Of a stretch of DNA of 64,000 nt, positions 21,790 through 31,668 are shown one piece after another. This DNA comes from Blastocatellia bacterium. Lineage in GTDB: Bacteria; Acidobacteriota; Blastocatellia; UBA7656. The stretch is from the NCBI GenBank assembly GCA_963765495.1, contig CAVXWP010000012.1, forward strand, positions 128,001 through 192,000, given 5' to 3'. The position numbers and the translations under genes were made by a program. Below the pieces are notes generated by a model. That model was not told the DNA's origin, did not search any database, and was given only the letters and a program-made list of their open reading frames with translations. The first letter of the stretch is position 1, and every line of letters starts with the position of its first letter.

Positions 21790-23625
21790 ATGAAAAGAAA
21801 AATACTCTTTGCGGCAATCGTGATTTTGCCGGCTCTTATGTTGCCTGCTTACGCTCAATCCGCCCTCCCTAATTTCATAACTCGCTCGGGTGACAGACTG
21901 ATGGACGGCGCGACCGAGTTCCGCTTTATCTCTTTCAACGTGCCGAACCTGCACATGGTCGAAGACAATCTGACGTTTTCAGAGACAAACCCCTGGCGTC
22001 TGCCCGATGAGTTTGAGATTCGAGACACCTTTGACACGATAAATCAAACCGGCGGCAGGGTCGTGCGAAGTTATGTCATCTCTGTGCATCGGGCGGATGA
22101 CGACCCCGCCATTCCGCGTCACGTGCTTGGGCCGGGCCGGTTCAACGAAGAGGCCTTTCGCGCTCTGGATAAGGTCTTGCAACTCGCAAACGAGAAAGGC
22201 ATCCGCGTGATCGTGCCCTTTGTGGATCAGTGGAAATGGTGGGGCGGCATAGGCGAATACGCCGCCTTTCGCGGGAAGCGCGCCGAAGAGTTCTGGACCG
22301 ATCCGCAACTGATCGCTGACTTCAAACAGACCATCGCCTTTCTCATCAATCGAAAGAACACCTACACTGGCACGCTCTATAAAGATGACAGGGCCATAAT
22401 GGCGTGGGAAACCGGCAACGAACTCAACAGCCCCTACTCGTGGAGCAAAGAGATTGCCGCCTACATAAAATCGCTCGACTCGAATCATCTGGTGATTGAC
22501 GGCAATCACGTCGGCAACAACGGCCTGCAAACGGAGATACCGGACGATCCGAATATAGACATCATCACGGCGCATTATTATCCGGGGCAGAAACCGCCGC
22601 CCGTCGAGGCCATCGAACAGACGAAGCGACAGATTGCCGGGCGCAAGGCCTTTTTCGTGGGCGAATTCGGATTTATTCCGACCGAAGATGTTCGAAAGCT
22701 GCTCGACAAAGTCATCGCCGAACGTCTATCGGGCGCGCTCGTCTGGAGCCTGCGCTTTCACAATCGCGACGGGGGATTTTACTGGCATTCCGAAGGCGCG
22801 GCAGACAACAGCGTCAAGGCTTATCACTGGCCGGGTTTTCAGACGGGCCAGGCTTACGACGGCACGAATCTTGTGCGATTGATGCGCGAAAAAGCCTACG
22901 AGATCAGAGGCGAGCAAGCGCCCGCGCTGCCTGCGCCCTCCCCTCCCGCGATGCTTCCGATCAAATCCGCGTACGCGATTTCGTGGCGAGGTTCAGCCGG
23001 GGCATACGCTTATGATGTGGAACGCGCCACCGTCCGGCGCGGCCCGTGGACGATAGTCGGCGCTGACATAGACGACACCCTTGTGCAATACAGACCGTTG
23101 TTTGCCGACATCTTCGCCGAACAGGGCCGCGAGTATTTTTATCGCGTGCGGGCTAAGAACGCGACCGGAACAAGCGAACCCTCAAACATCGTCGGCCCCG
23201 TCCGTGTCGATTCGCTTTTCGTGGTTGACGAAATGCGCGACCTCGGGCGCGTCTTCTCTCATGGCGGCCCGCTGGCAATAGAGACAAAAGATCAGCGCAA
23301 GGCGAAAGAGGACATCTATCGACTCAAGGGCGGAAAAGATTCCTGGATCGTCTATCGCGGGCTTTACCCTCTGCGCTCGATCAAAGTGATGGTCTTCTTT
23401 GAACGGGAGGTGAGCGATTTCGATTTCCTCGTTTCGAGCGACGGAACGAGCTTCAAAAAAGTGGAGGCAGCGCGCCGGGATCACTTCAAAGGCACAGGCG
23501 ATTACGGTTACTGGAAACCCGTCACCTATGAAATCTCGTCCGTGCCGGCGGGTAATTACTTTGTAAAACTCATATTCAAAACCGACGCGCAGATCTCTCG
23601 CATAGAAATCGAGCACGGAAAGTAA
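21790..23625 (+). CDS. secreted GH5 endo-beta-1,4-mannanase with Fn3-like C-terminal region
   Basis: Signal peptide MKRKILF, WKWWGG, AWETGNE (acid/base), HYY, VGEFG (nucleophile), YRVRAKN; context supports mannan specificity. Confidence 0.82.
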   Translation: MKRKILFAAIVILPALMLPAYAQSALPNFITRSGDRLMDGATEFRFISFNVPNLHMVEDNLTFSETNPWRLPDEFEIRDTFDTINQTGGRVVRSYVISVHRADDDPAIPRHVLGPGRFNEEAFRALDKVLQLANEKGIRVIVPFVDQWKWWGGIGEYAAFRGKRAEEFWTDPQLIADFKQTIAFLINRKNTYTGTLYKDDRAIMAWETGNELNSPYSWSKEIAAYIKSLDSNHLVIDGNHVGNNGLQTEIPDDPNIDIITAHYYPGQKPPPVEAIEQTKRQIAGRKAFFVGEFGFIPTEDVRKLLDKVIAERLSGALVWSLRFHNRDGGFYWHSEGAADNSVKAYHWPGFQTGQAYDGTNLVRLMREKAYEIRGEQAPALPAPSPPAMLPIKSAYAISWRGSAGAYAYDVERATVRRGPWTIVGADIDDTLVQYRPLFADIFAEQGREYFYRVRAKNATGTSEPSNIVGPVRVDSLFVVDEMRDLGRVFSHGGPLAIETKDQRKAKEDIYRLKGGKDSWIVYRGLYPLRSIKVMVFFEREVSDFDFLVSSDGTSFKKVEAARRDHFKGTGDYGYWKPVTYEISSVPAGNYFVKLIFKTDAQISRIEIEHGK

Positions 23626-23639
23626 AGGAATCATAAGAG

Positions 23640-24866
23640 GTGAATGACACGGGTCTTCGTGAATTTCAAGATCAGATCGAGACAGAATTGCGCCAGAATA
23701 TTCTCGCGTTCTGGATAAAGCACGCGCCCGATACCAATAACGGCGGGTTTCACGGCTATATCAGCAATGACCTCATCACAAGAGCGCAGGCCGACAAGGG
23801 CATCATTTTGAATACGCGCATCCTCTGGACTTTTTCACACGCTTTCAGGCTGTACCGGGAAGAGGGTTTGAAACAGATGGCCGAACGCGCTTACAGCTAC
23901 ATCACGCAGAATTTCTTTGATCGGGAATTTGGCGGCGTATTCTGGACGGTAGATCATCTGGGCCGACCGCTCGATACCAGGAAAAGGATTTACGCTCAGG
24001 CATTCGCGGTTTACGCGCTCAGCGAATACTTTCTGGCAACCGGCAAGCAGGAGGCTCTCGATTCTGCCTTAGAGCTTTTTCACCTGATCGAAGGCCAGAG
24101 CCGTGACCGCGTTTATGGCGGGTACTTTGAGACATACGAGCGCGAGTGGAGGCTTGCTGCTGATCAACGCCTGAGCGAAGTGGATCAGGACGACAGCAAA
24201 TCAATGAACACCCACCTGCACGTGCTTGAAGCCTATGCCGGGCTTGCGCGCGCGCGCGATGACGCGAAGGTCAAAGCGGCGCTTTCTGATGTGATTGAAA
24301 TTTTTCTCGATCACATACTCGACCCCGCGACAATGCATTTCCGCCTCTTTTTTGATGAAGACTGGACCGTCAAATCCGATGTCGTCTCTTTTGGTCACGA
24401 CATAGAAGGAAGTTGGCTCTTGTGCGAGGCCGCTGAAATTCAGGGCGATCAGAGTTTGCTTGCGCGAGTGAAAGAAACGGCTGTCAAGATGGCCGGAGCT
24501 ATTCTGGCTGAGGCGATTGATGAGGATGGCGCGCTCGTTTACGAAGCCGACCCTGCCGGAATAATTGATTATGACAGGCACTGGTGGCCGCAGGCTGAAA
24601 CGGTGGTCGGGTTTATAAACGCCTATCAACTGACGGGGCGCGAAGATTTCCTTGGAGCCGCCCTGGAGTGCTGGAATTTTATCGACAGCAATTTGATTGA
24701 TAAAGCGTGGGGCGAATGGTTCTGGAAAGTCTCTCGCGCAGGCACACCCGACCAGACAAAGCCAAAAGTGGATCAATGGAAAGGTCCTTATCATAACGGT
24801 CGCATGTGTTTTGAAGTCCTCTCCAGACTGAAACAGATCGAGGGAAGACCAGATGAACCGAAATGA
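23640..24866 (+). CDS. cellobiose/mannobiose 2-epimerase (AGE family)
   Basis: [46 protein letters not shown]. Confidence 0.92.
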   Translation: MNDTGLREFQDQIETELRQNILAFWIKHAPDTNNGGFHGYISNDLITRAQADKGIILNTRILWTFSHAFRLYREEGLKQMAERAYSYITQNFFDREFGGVFWTVDHLGRPLDTRKRIYAQAFAVYALSEYFLATGKQEALDSALELFHLIEGQSRDRVYGGYFETYEREWRLAADQRLSEVDQDDSKSMNTHLHVLEAYAGLARARDDAKVKAALSDVIEIFLDHILDPATMHFRLFFDEDWTVKSDVVSFGHDIEGSWLLCEAAEIQGDQSLLARVKETAVKMAGAILAEAIDEDGALVYEADPAGIIDYDRHWWPQAETVVGFINAYQLTGREDFLGAALECWNFIDSNLIDKAWGEWFWKVSRAGTPDQTKPKVDQWKGPYHNGRMCFEVLSRLKQIEGRPDEPK

Positions 24867-26043
24867 ATTTGATGAGAAACTGGGCTGCTTGCTCGGGCAA
24901 CACAACGAATTGATCGCCCGAAAAAACATCAGGGTCGAAGGCGGCAACGGGGTCTATGATCGCTGGGCCGATCCGATTCTCACAGCCGGGCACGCGCCTG
25001 TCTTCTGGCGCTACGATCTGAACTATGAAAGCAATCCGCATCTTCTGGAGCGAATGGTAATAAACGCGGCGTTCAATGCCGGGGCGATTGAGCTTGACGG
25101 AAAAATCCTGCTTGTCGCCCGCGTCGAAGGGGCAGACCGCAAATCATTTTTTGGCGTGGCCGAAAGCGAAACTGGCGTTGACGCGTTTAAGTTTTGGGAC
25201 TATCCCGTATGGATGCCGGAGACCGACGAGCCTGATGTGAATGTTTACGACATGCGCGTGGTCCGTCACGAAGACGGCTGGATTTATGGTCTGTTTTGCA
25301 CCGAGCGCAAAGACCCCGAGGCCGGGCCGGGCGATACTTCATCGGCCATAGCGCAGTGCGCAATTGCGCGCACAAGGGATTTGAATAGTTGGGAACGGCT
25401 TCCAGATTTGAAGACCCGCTCGCCGCAACAGCGAAACGTAGTCCTGCACCCTGAATTCGTAGACGGCAAATACGCTTTTTATACGCGTCCGCAGGACGAC
25501 TTTATCCAGGCGGGGTCCGGCGGCGGGATCGGCTGGGGGCTTGCCGATTCAATCAGCGGGGCTGTGATTGACGAAGAGAAGGTGATTGATGCCCGCGTCT
25601 ATCACACTATAAAGGAGGTGAAAAACGGCCTCGGCCCGTCGCCTATCAAAACGGATAGAGGCTGGCTGCAACTGGCGCACGGCGTTCGCAATACAGCGGC
25701 GGGGCTCCGCTATGTGCTTTATCTTTTTCTGAGCGATCTCCGAGAACCGTGGCGCATAACTCACGTTCCGGCCGGGTATTTCATCGCGCCTCGGAGGGAA
25801 GAGCGCGTAGGCGATGTCTCTAACGTCGTCTTCAGCAACGGCTGGGTAGCGCGAGCAAACGGCGAAGTCTTTATTTACTATGCGTCGTCGGATACGCGCA
25901 TGCACGTTGCGACAACCACGATTGAAAAGCTGCTCGATTATGTTTTGAACACCCCCGAAGACCCGCTTCGTTCACACGCCTGTGTGCAGCAAAGATACGA
26001 TTTGATCGCGCGAAATCTGGAATTGATGAAGAAGAAGGCGTGA
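24853..26043 (+). CDS. 4-O-beta-D-mannosyl-D-glucose phosphorylase (GH130)
   Basis: [52 protein letters not shown]. Confidence 0.92.
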   Translation: MNRNEFDEKLGCLLGQHNELIARKNIRVEGGNGVYDRWADPILTAGHAPVFWRYDLNYESNPHLLERMVINAAFNAGAIELDGKILLVARVEGADRKSFFGVAESETGVDAFKFWDYPVWMPETDEPDVNVYDMRVVRHEDGWIYGLFCTERKDPEAGPGDTSSAIAQCAIARTRDLNSWERLPDLKTRSPQQRNVVLHPEFVDGKYAFYTRPQDDFIQAGSGGGIGWGLADSISGAVIDEEKVIDARVYHTIKEVKNGLGPSPIKTDRGWLQLAHGVRNTAAGLRYVLYLFLSDLREPWRITHVPAGYFIAPRREERVGDVSNVVFSNGWVARANGEVFIYYASSDTRMHVATTTIEKLLDYVLNTPEDPLRSHACVQQRYDLIARNLELMKKKA

Positions 26044-26126
26044 TACGTGATGCGTGATTCGTGACCTGAAAGAGAGCTTTCTATTTACAGTGATTCCCAA
26101 TCTCACGAATCACGCATCACGTATCA
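26041..26126. repeat. heptamer (CGTGAT-type) fold-back element
   Basis: Perfect 24-bp arms at 26041-26064 and 26103-26126; begins with the GH130 TGA stop. Confidence 0.92.
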
Positions 26127-26388
26127 GATGCCATCTCGTCACATTATAAGGACGGCTCATCACAAACCTGTTCTAAAGCAACAATAGAAGGCGTAAAGTG
26201 TAGCGTGTGGGTTATAGCCCGGAATGCCTTTCGGACTGAGGGGAGATAGTTCGATGTGTATTCCCACCCGGTCTTACGCGGGCACTCACTTATATTAAAA
26301 CCCAAACAATATAGACCTCGTGTGAGCGGGGCGCGGCAGTAGTATGCCTTTGAGGGGGATCGCTTCATGAAAAAAGGGAGGTTGTTTT

Positions 26389-26997
26389 ATGAAGAGATCA
26401 AAACTTGTGAACCTCACCGTCCTCTCGTTCGCGCTTTTTCAGATCGCGGTCGTCAATCTCGGTGTCACATCCGTTACCGTTACGGCTCAGGGATTATTGA
26501 AAGGTTACGCTCCGCGCGGATTCAAAACGCCCACAGACGCCGCTACGAAATCAGGCCGCCCCACCTCGGAACCGGCTCCCGCCTTCGCGCTGTCAGGGGT
26601 TGATCAGAACGTTGTAAACGGGTTCGAGACAATCTGGAAACGCGCCGGGCTGGGCACAAGAGACGTAGAGGCCCTCGCCTTGATCTATCGCAATGCAGAC
26701 GGCTCTTACAGGACCGAGCCGCTGGCTCAGACAAACGAGTTCAGAAAATTCTCTTTCAAATGGAACCCCACGGCGATTGCCATAGTTCACACCCATCCAA
26801 ATAATCGTGATCCTCAGCCCTCAGACGTAGATCAGCAGACATCCGACAAGCTGGGCGTTCCGATATTCACACTCTCCATCCACGGCATGTATATGTATGA
26901 CCCGGCGGCAAAAAAGGTGAGCCAGATACAGGACGGGCTTGACTGGTTGAAGATGAACAGGTGGGAACAGACCGTAGTGCATGCGTTCGAGAAATAG
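26389..26997 (+). CDS. secreted protein with JAB/MPN-like (JAMM) motif
   Basis: Signal peptide; E...AIVHTHPNNRDPQPSDVD; GGAGG RBS. Confidence 0.65.
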   Translation: MKRSKLVNLTVLSFALFQIAVVNLGVTSVTVTAQGLLKGYAPRGFKTPTDAATKSGRPTSEPAPAFALSGVDQNVVNGFETIWKRAGLGTRDVEALALIYRNADGSYRTEPLAQTNEFRKFSFKWNPTAIAIVHTHPNNRDPQPSDVDQQTSDKLGVPIFTLSIHGMYMYDPAAKKVSQIQDGLDWLKMNRWEQTVVHAFEK

Positions 26998-27052
26998 TCC
27001 GAGAGACCGGAGTTGTTTGAAAAACTCGCCCGTTGAAGGTAAGACATTATCT

Positions 27053-28015
27053 ATGAGATTGATCTTCATGGGCACGCCGGAGTTTGCCACTCCAACGCTT
27101 GAGCGACTGATTCATGACCGTCACGAAATCGCCGCCGTCTTCACCCAGCCCGATAAGCCTTCGGGCCGGGGGAAAAAGCTCCAGCCTCCGCCGGTCAAGC
27201 TACTTGCCCTCTCGCACGGCATCCCGGTTTATCAACCCGCAAAGATACGCACAAACGAAGAGGTGCGCGCGGTCTTTGAAAGCATAAGGCCCGATGCCTG
27301 CGTGGTTGCCGCTTACGGCAAAATACTCCCCGAATGGATGCTTGCCATTCCGAGGTTTGGCTGCATCAATGTTCACGCTTCGTTGCTGCCCAAATATCGG
27401 GGCGCGGCTCCTATAAACTGGGCCATCGCAAGCGGAGAGCGCGAGACGGGCGTGACGATAATGCAGATGGACGTGGGACTCGATACGGGGCCGATGCTTG
27501 CCGCCCGCGCCCTTGAAATAGGGCCGGAAGAGATCGCGCCCACGCTATCGGCGCGGCTCGCCTTGCTTGGCCGAGAGTTGCTTGCTGAGACTCTCCCGGC
27601 AATCGAGGCCGGTAAGATATCGCCCGTCGCTCAGGATGAGAGCGCGGCGACTTACGCGCCCATGCTAAAGCGAGAAGATGGGTTGATCGACTGGCAGATG
27701 TCGGCGACTCAGATAGCAAATCGTGTGCGAGCCTTTCAGCCCTGGCCCGGCACTTACACTCGATTTCGCGGCGGGCGATTGATACTCTGGCGCGCGCATC
27801 CGATAGAAACCGCCCCGCTCTTAGAAACCGCTCGGCTCTCGGGTGCGCGACTGGCTCAGTTAATCGACATCGATAAATCGGGCATTGTCGTAGCGTGTGG
27901 AGAGGATTCGGCCCTGCGCATAGAAGAGCTACAGGTAGAAGGCAAGCGAAGAGTCGCGGGGCGGGATTTTGCAAACGGATTCCGACTGGTCGCGGGCGAC
28001 CGGATCATCGACTGA
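27053..28015 (+). CDS. fmt: methionyl-tRNA formyltransferase
   Basis: FMGTPEFA, TQPDKP, NVHASLLPKYRGAAPI, GLDTGPM. Confidence 0.97.
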   Translation: MRLIFMGTPEFATPTLERLIHDRHEIAAVFTQPDKPSGRGKKLQPPPVKLLALSHGIPVYQPAKIRTNEEVRAVFESIRPDACVVAAYGKILPEWMLAIPRFGCINVHASLLPKYRGAAPINWAIASGERETGVTIMQMDVGLDTGPMLAARALEIGPEEIAPTLSARLALLGRELLAETLPAIEAGKISPVAQDESAATYAPMLKREDGLIDWQMSATQIANRVRAFQPWPGTYTRFRGGRLILWRAHPIETAPLLETARLSGARLAQLIDIDKSGIVVACGEDSALRIEELQVEGKRRVAGRDFANGFRLVAGDRIID

Positions 28016-28054
28016 AAGCCTGCGCGGATAAATATTCAAGCAAGTAATAAACTT

Positions 28055-28121
28055 GGCTCAGAGACACAAAGACACAGAGCTTTTCAGACTCTTTTCTCCG
28101 TGTCTTTGTGTCTCTGTGGCC
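28055..28121. repeat. 8-nt periodic (ACAGAGAC) fold-back element
   Basis: ggctcagagacacaaagacacagag ... ctccgtgtctttgtgtctctgtggcc; sister copy at 31475-31550. Confidence 0.85.
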
Positions 28122-28162
28122 ATCTTGGACCGCGCGGATAAATTGACCCGCATGTCGGGTGG

Positions 28163-29134
28163 TTGCTAACATCGGGCGTGGTGAGCCGGGAAAATATAAC
28201 GCGATTGATACCAGTCATTGTCGGGCCTACCGCTTCGGGCAAGAGCGATTTGGGCATCAAGATCGCCCTTGCTTCCGGCGGCGAAATCATCAACCTGGAT
28301 TCGGTGCAGGTTTATAAACGAATCGAGATTGCCACGGCTAAAGTCCCCCTAGCCGAGCGCCGGGACGTTCCGCATCATCTGATAGACATCGTCGAGCCGA
28401 CCGTGAATTTCACGGCGGGCGAATATGCGAGGGTGGCGAGCCGTGCGCTTTACGACATCGAATCGCGCAACCGGCAGGCCATCTTCGTAGGCGGCACAGG
28501 GTTTTATTTGCGTGCGATTCTGGAGCCGTTGTTTGAAGGGCCGACCACGGATTTGAAATTGCGCGCGCGGCTGATGAGCCTGCGTGACCGGCGAGGCCCG
28601 GAGCATCTGCATCAAATGCTCTCTCGCCTCGACCCGAGGGCCTCGGCGGCCCTGAGTCCTCGCGACTGGTCTCGCAGCATGCGCGGGCTTGAGTTTTATT
28701 TTCAAACCGGGCAGCGTATCTCCGAAGCGCAGCCGGAAACTCCCCCGCCGCCCGATTTCGCTCCGCGAGTCAGGGTCATTGCGCTCAACCCCGACCGGGA
28801 ACCGCTATACAATCGAATCAACCGGCGGGCAGAAATGATGTTTGAGCGCGGACTGGTCGAAGAAGTTGAAGGGCTGCTGGCAGCGGGCATACCTCCCGGT
28901 GCCAAAGCCTTTCAAGCCCATGGTTATCGCCGCGTAGTCGAGTATCTTCAGGGAAAACGTTCACGCGAAGACGCCCTGAATCAGATGAAACTCGATACGC
29001 GCCATTATGCCAAGCGACAGCTTTCCTGGTGGCGCGCCTGGCCCGGCGTGAAATGGATTCACCGATTCGGCGATGCCCCGGAAGCATTCGCCGAGGCCCT
29101 GGAGTATCTGAAGGGTTGCGACCAGACGGAATGA
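28163..29134 (+). CDS. miaA: tRNA dimethylallyltransferase
   Basis: GPTASGKS, DSVQVY, PHHLID, VGGTGFY, TRHYAKRQ; exact start uncertain. Confidence 0.96.
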   Translation: MLTSGVVSRENITRLIPVIVGPTASGKSDLGIKIALASGGEIINLDSVQVYKRIEIATAKVPLAERRDVPHHLIDIVEPTVNFTAGEYARVASRALYDIESRNRQAIFVGGTGFYLRAILEPLFEGPTTDLKLRARLMSLRDRRGPEHLHQMLSRLDPRASAALSPRDWSRSMRGLEFYFQTGQRISEAQPETPPPPDFAPRVRVIALNPDREPLYNRINRRAEMMFERGLVEEVEGLLAAGIPPGAKAFQAHGYRRVVEYLQGKRSREDALNQMKLDTRHYAKRQLSWWRAWPGVKWIHRFGDAPEAFAEALEYLKGCDQTE

Positions 29135-29187
29135 CAGGCGCAAGGCCGGGTTTTGCGGAAATGCTTTTAAGTGGAAATGCTTTTAAG

Positions 29188-29217
29188 TTGACTTCCTCTG
29201 TTATGAATGGATATTAT
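29188..29217 (+). promoter_or_regulatory. sigma70-type promoter preceded by a 16-bp tandem duplication
   Basis: TTGACT-N18-TATTAT; GGAAATGCTTTTAAGT twice at 29157-29188. Confidence 0.55.
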
Positions 29218-29282
29218 CCCGCAAACATTGCGTCGGGATCTTTGTTGCCGAGTTGATGTAAAGAACTAAGGATGAATAGAGC

Positions 29283-29639
29283 ATGCCCATCAAGATCCGA
29301 TGCGCCTGGTGCGGTCTTTTGACGGGAATCAAAGACGGCGAGGCAGTAGCAGGATTTGACACAAGTCATACGATCTGCCCCTCTTGCGCGGAGAGAGTCA
29401 ACGCCGGATTGCTGAGCCCTGTGCCAACGTGGAGCGGCACAGACAGGCGCTTGCAACCCGAACGCCGCAGGCGCGAGCGAAGAAACTCTTTGCGGTGCCT
29501 GACCGATACCCTGATAATAATTGACGGGATAACCCTGATAGACGGCGTAGGCGTAGACAGACGGCACAAGGTTCGTCGTCAGAGGGACCGCGAATGGCTG
29601 GCCGAGAAAATTATAGATATGATCTTCAACTCAAAATAG
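29283..29639 (+). CDS. small putative Zn-binding protein with Arg-rich DRR/ERR repeats
   Basis: CAWC...SHTICPSC; DRRLQPERRRRERR and DRRHKVRRQRDR. Confidence 0.7.
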   Translation: MPIKIRCAWCGLLTGIKDGEAVAGFDTSHTICPSCAERVNAGLLSPVPTWSGTDRRLQPERRRRERRNSLRCLTDTLIIIDGITLIDGVGVDRRHKVRRQRDREWLAEKIIDMIFNSK

Positions 29640-29711
29640 CAATAGCGGAATGAATCCTCGATTGCCCGGATTTATACATCTGAGCTAGAATCTGTTCCTG
29701 GCTTTGTATAG

Positions 29712-29819
29712 TGATACGTGATACCCGATGCGTGATACGTGATGCGTGACTTTCAGTCAGACAACTTGTCACAGGTGAAATCCCTACCTCACGAATCACG
29801 AGTCACAAATCACGTATCA
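29712..29819. repeat. heptamer (TGATACG/TGATGCG) fold-back element
   Basis: Left arm 29712-29750, right arm 29789-29819; spacer homologous to the 6684 element in the opposite orientation. Confidence 0.88.
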
Positions 29820-29840
29820 TTCAACCGACTGGAGGCAATT

Positions 29841-30353
29841 ATGAAATTAGTACTGATCCTCGTGGCTGTCGCCCTCGTAGGCGCTCCGGCTCTTTCCAGA
29901 CAGAAGGCCGATGAGGGCGCAAACGATTTGAAAGCGATGCCTGCGATAAAGCTGCAAGACTTCGACGGCAAGCAGGTGAATGCCGATACGCTCAAAGGCA
30001 ACATCCTGATCATTGATTTCTGGGCTACGTGGTGCGGCCCCTGCATAAAAGAGATTCCCGCTTATAACGATTTGCAGGCAAAGTACCGGGACAAGGGCGT
30101 GAAGATAGTAGGCGTGACCCTTGCATCGGGCGAAGCAAAGGATGTCAAGCCATTCGTCAATCGCTTCAATATGAAATACACGGTTCTGATGGGCGATGAC
30201 AATCAGGCTTATGATTTAAATCTGGTTGGATTCCCAACTACTTATCTCGTAACCGACGATTGGAAGATATATAACACCTACAGGGGCGCGGGGCCAGGCA
30301 AGACAGCCCGCCTCGAAGCCGACATCCAGAAACTCCTGGCCGGAAAGAATTAG
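29841..30353 (+). CDS. TlpA-family thiol:disulfide oxidoreductase
   Basis: Signal peptide, DFWATWCGPC, GFPTTY; GGAGG RBS. Confidence 0.92.
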   Translation: MKLVLILVAVALVGAPALSRQKADEGANDLKAMPAIKLQDFDGKQVNADTLKGNILIIDFWATWCGPCIKEIPAYNDLQAKYRDKGVKIVGVTLASGEAKDVKPFVNRFNMKYTVLMGDDNQAYDLNLVGFPTTYLVTDDWKIYNTYRGAGPGKTARLEADIQKLLAGKN

Positions 30354-30403
30354 CAGATACCAGACCGGATAGATTTCTGCAATCGTCCGTCACGGCTGAA
30401 GGT

Positions 30404-30466
30404 AACGCGCTGAAACGGCGCAAGGTATTTTGAAGGATTTTCCTTGCGTCGTTTCAGCGCGTTTTT
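30404..30466. terminator. long hairpin between convergent genes, probable terminator
   Basis: 22-bp arms 30404-30425 and 30442-30463 followed by a T run. Confidence 0.65.
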
Positions 30467-30505
30467 ATCTCTGATGCGAAGAGAAATACTCTAACGCGAC
30501 CGGCC

Positions 30506-31318
30506 CTATTTGCGGCGCGATCCGGCGGGGGGCTTGAGGCTCTGCGCGAAAAGCCAGTCGAAGAATTCCGGCTCGGCGTAAGCCTTGTCCCACGAGTTAT
30601 GTCCTACGCCCTCGTATTCGTTGTATTTCACGTTGCCGCCCTCGGCCTTTATCGCTTCCACCATTTTCTGAGATTCCGACACTGGGACGACCGGATCAGC
30701 GCCCCCGTGAAAAACCCAGACCGGCGTTTTGCCTACCTTTTGCGCCATAATTGCGTAAGGATCGCCCGTACCGACGGGTTCGGGTCTGGGCTCGTTGGCG
30801 GAGGCTGAAGGAGGTGGACGAAGCCCGCCGCAGATGGGCGCAAGCGCGGCGAATTTATCGGGGTGGCTCGCAACAAGCGCCCACGTGCCGTACCCGCCCA
30901 TCGAAAGCCCCGTAAGATAAACCCGCTGCGGGTCTCCGTTGAATTCTTTTATTGACTGGTCGAGCGCCTTGAGCGCCTGCGCCTGCATTTCAGGCTCAGG
31001 CCACCAGCTATCCTTCGCGCACTGCGGCAGGACGACGATGGCGGGAACGCGCTCTTTGTGTCGGCGTATGACGGTACCTATCCCTACTTCGGTCTGTATC
31101 AACCCGTCATCCCCTCGCTCTCCGGCTCCGTGCAGAAAGAGGATGACCGGCCATCTCTTTCCGGCGTTCCAATCATTGGGAACATAGACCTGATAACGAT
31201 AAACGGTTCCTTCCAATGTGACGGCGCGATCAAGGAATCCGGTTTCGTGTTTGCGTCCCTGGGCAAAAGCTGATGCGCTTAAAAACAAGATCAGAAATGC
31301 GCTCTTCATCCTAAGCAT
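30506..31318 (-). CDS. secreted alpha/beta-hydrolase esterase/peptidase
   Basis: FLHGAGERG, GLSMGG nucleophile elbow, HGGADPVV, GHNSW. Confidence 0.88.
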   Translation of the reverse strand: MLRMKSAFLILFLSASAFAQGRKHETGFLDRAVTLEGTVYRYQVYVPNDWNAGKRWPVILFLHGAGERGDDGLIQTEVGIGTVIRRHKERVPAIVVLPQCAKDSWWPEPEMQAQALKALDQSIKEFNGDPQRVYLTGLSMGGYGTWALVASHPDKFAALAPICGGLRPPPSASANEPRPEPVGTGDPYAIMAQKVGKTPVWVFHGGADPVVPVSESQKMVEAIKAEGGNVKYNEYEGVGHNSWDKAYAEPEFFDWLFAQSLKPPAGSRRK

Positions 31319-31474
31319 GTTTCGGCTCCTGTTTGACAGATTTTAATACCTGCTTACTCTACATCGAATGCGGCCCCTCGCAAAAGCGATTCAGGCTGCT
31401 TCCCCGACCTGTGCAACAGGTGTCGGACAAACGCGCATCAAAATAGAATTGGGATCTGTTCAGAAAGGAAGAAA

Positions 31475-31550
31475 AGTAGCCACAGAGACACGGAGCCACA
31501 GAGATTTTTTATAATCTTTTCTCTGTGCCTGCGGTGGCTTTGTGGCTACT
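31475..31550. repeat. 8-nt periodic fold-back element
   Basis: agtagccacagagacacggagccacagaga ... tctctgtgcctgcggtggctttgtggctact. Confidence 0.85.
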
Positions 31551-31668
31551 GCTGAACTCATACTGGAACTGACGTAACTTGATAGGCGGTGCCGGATCAG
31601 ATAGGATTTTGGTACTTGATCAAATCAGGTCAGAACTTAAGACGTTTGATTAACCCGGGAGATAAACT

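Noticed and set aside
26130-26385. Possible riboswitch upstream of the JAB gene
   Set aside because: Only short scattered helices; no aptamer consensus recognised
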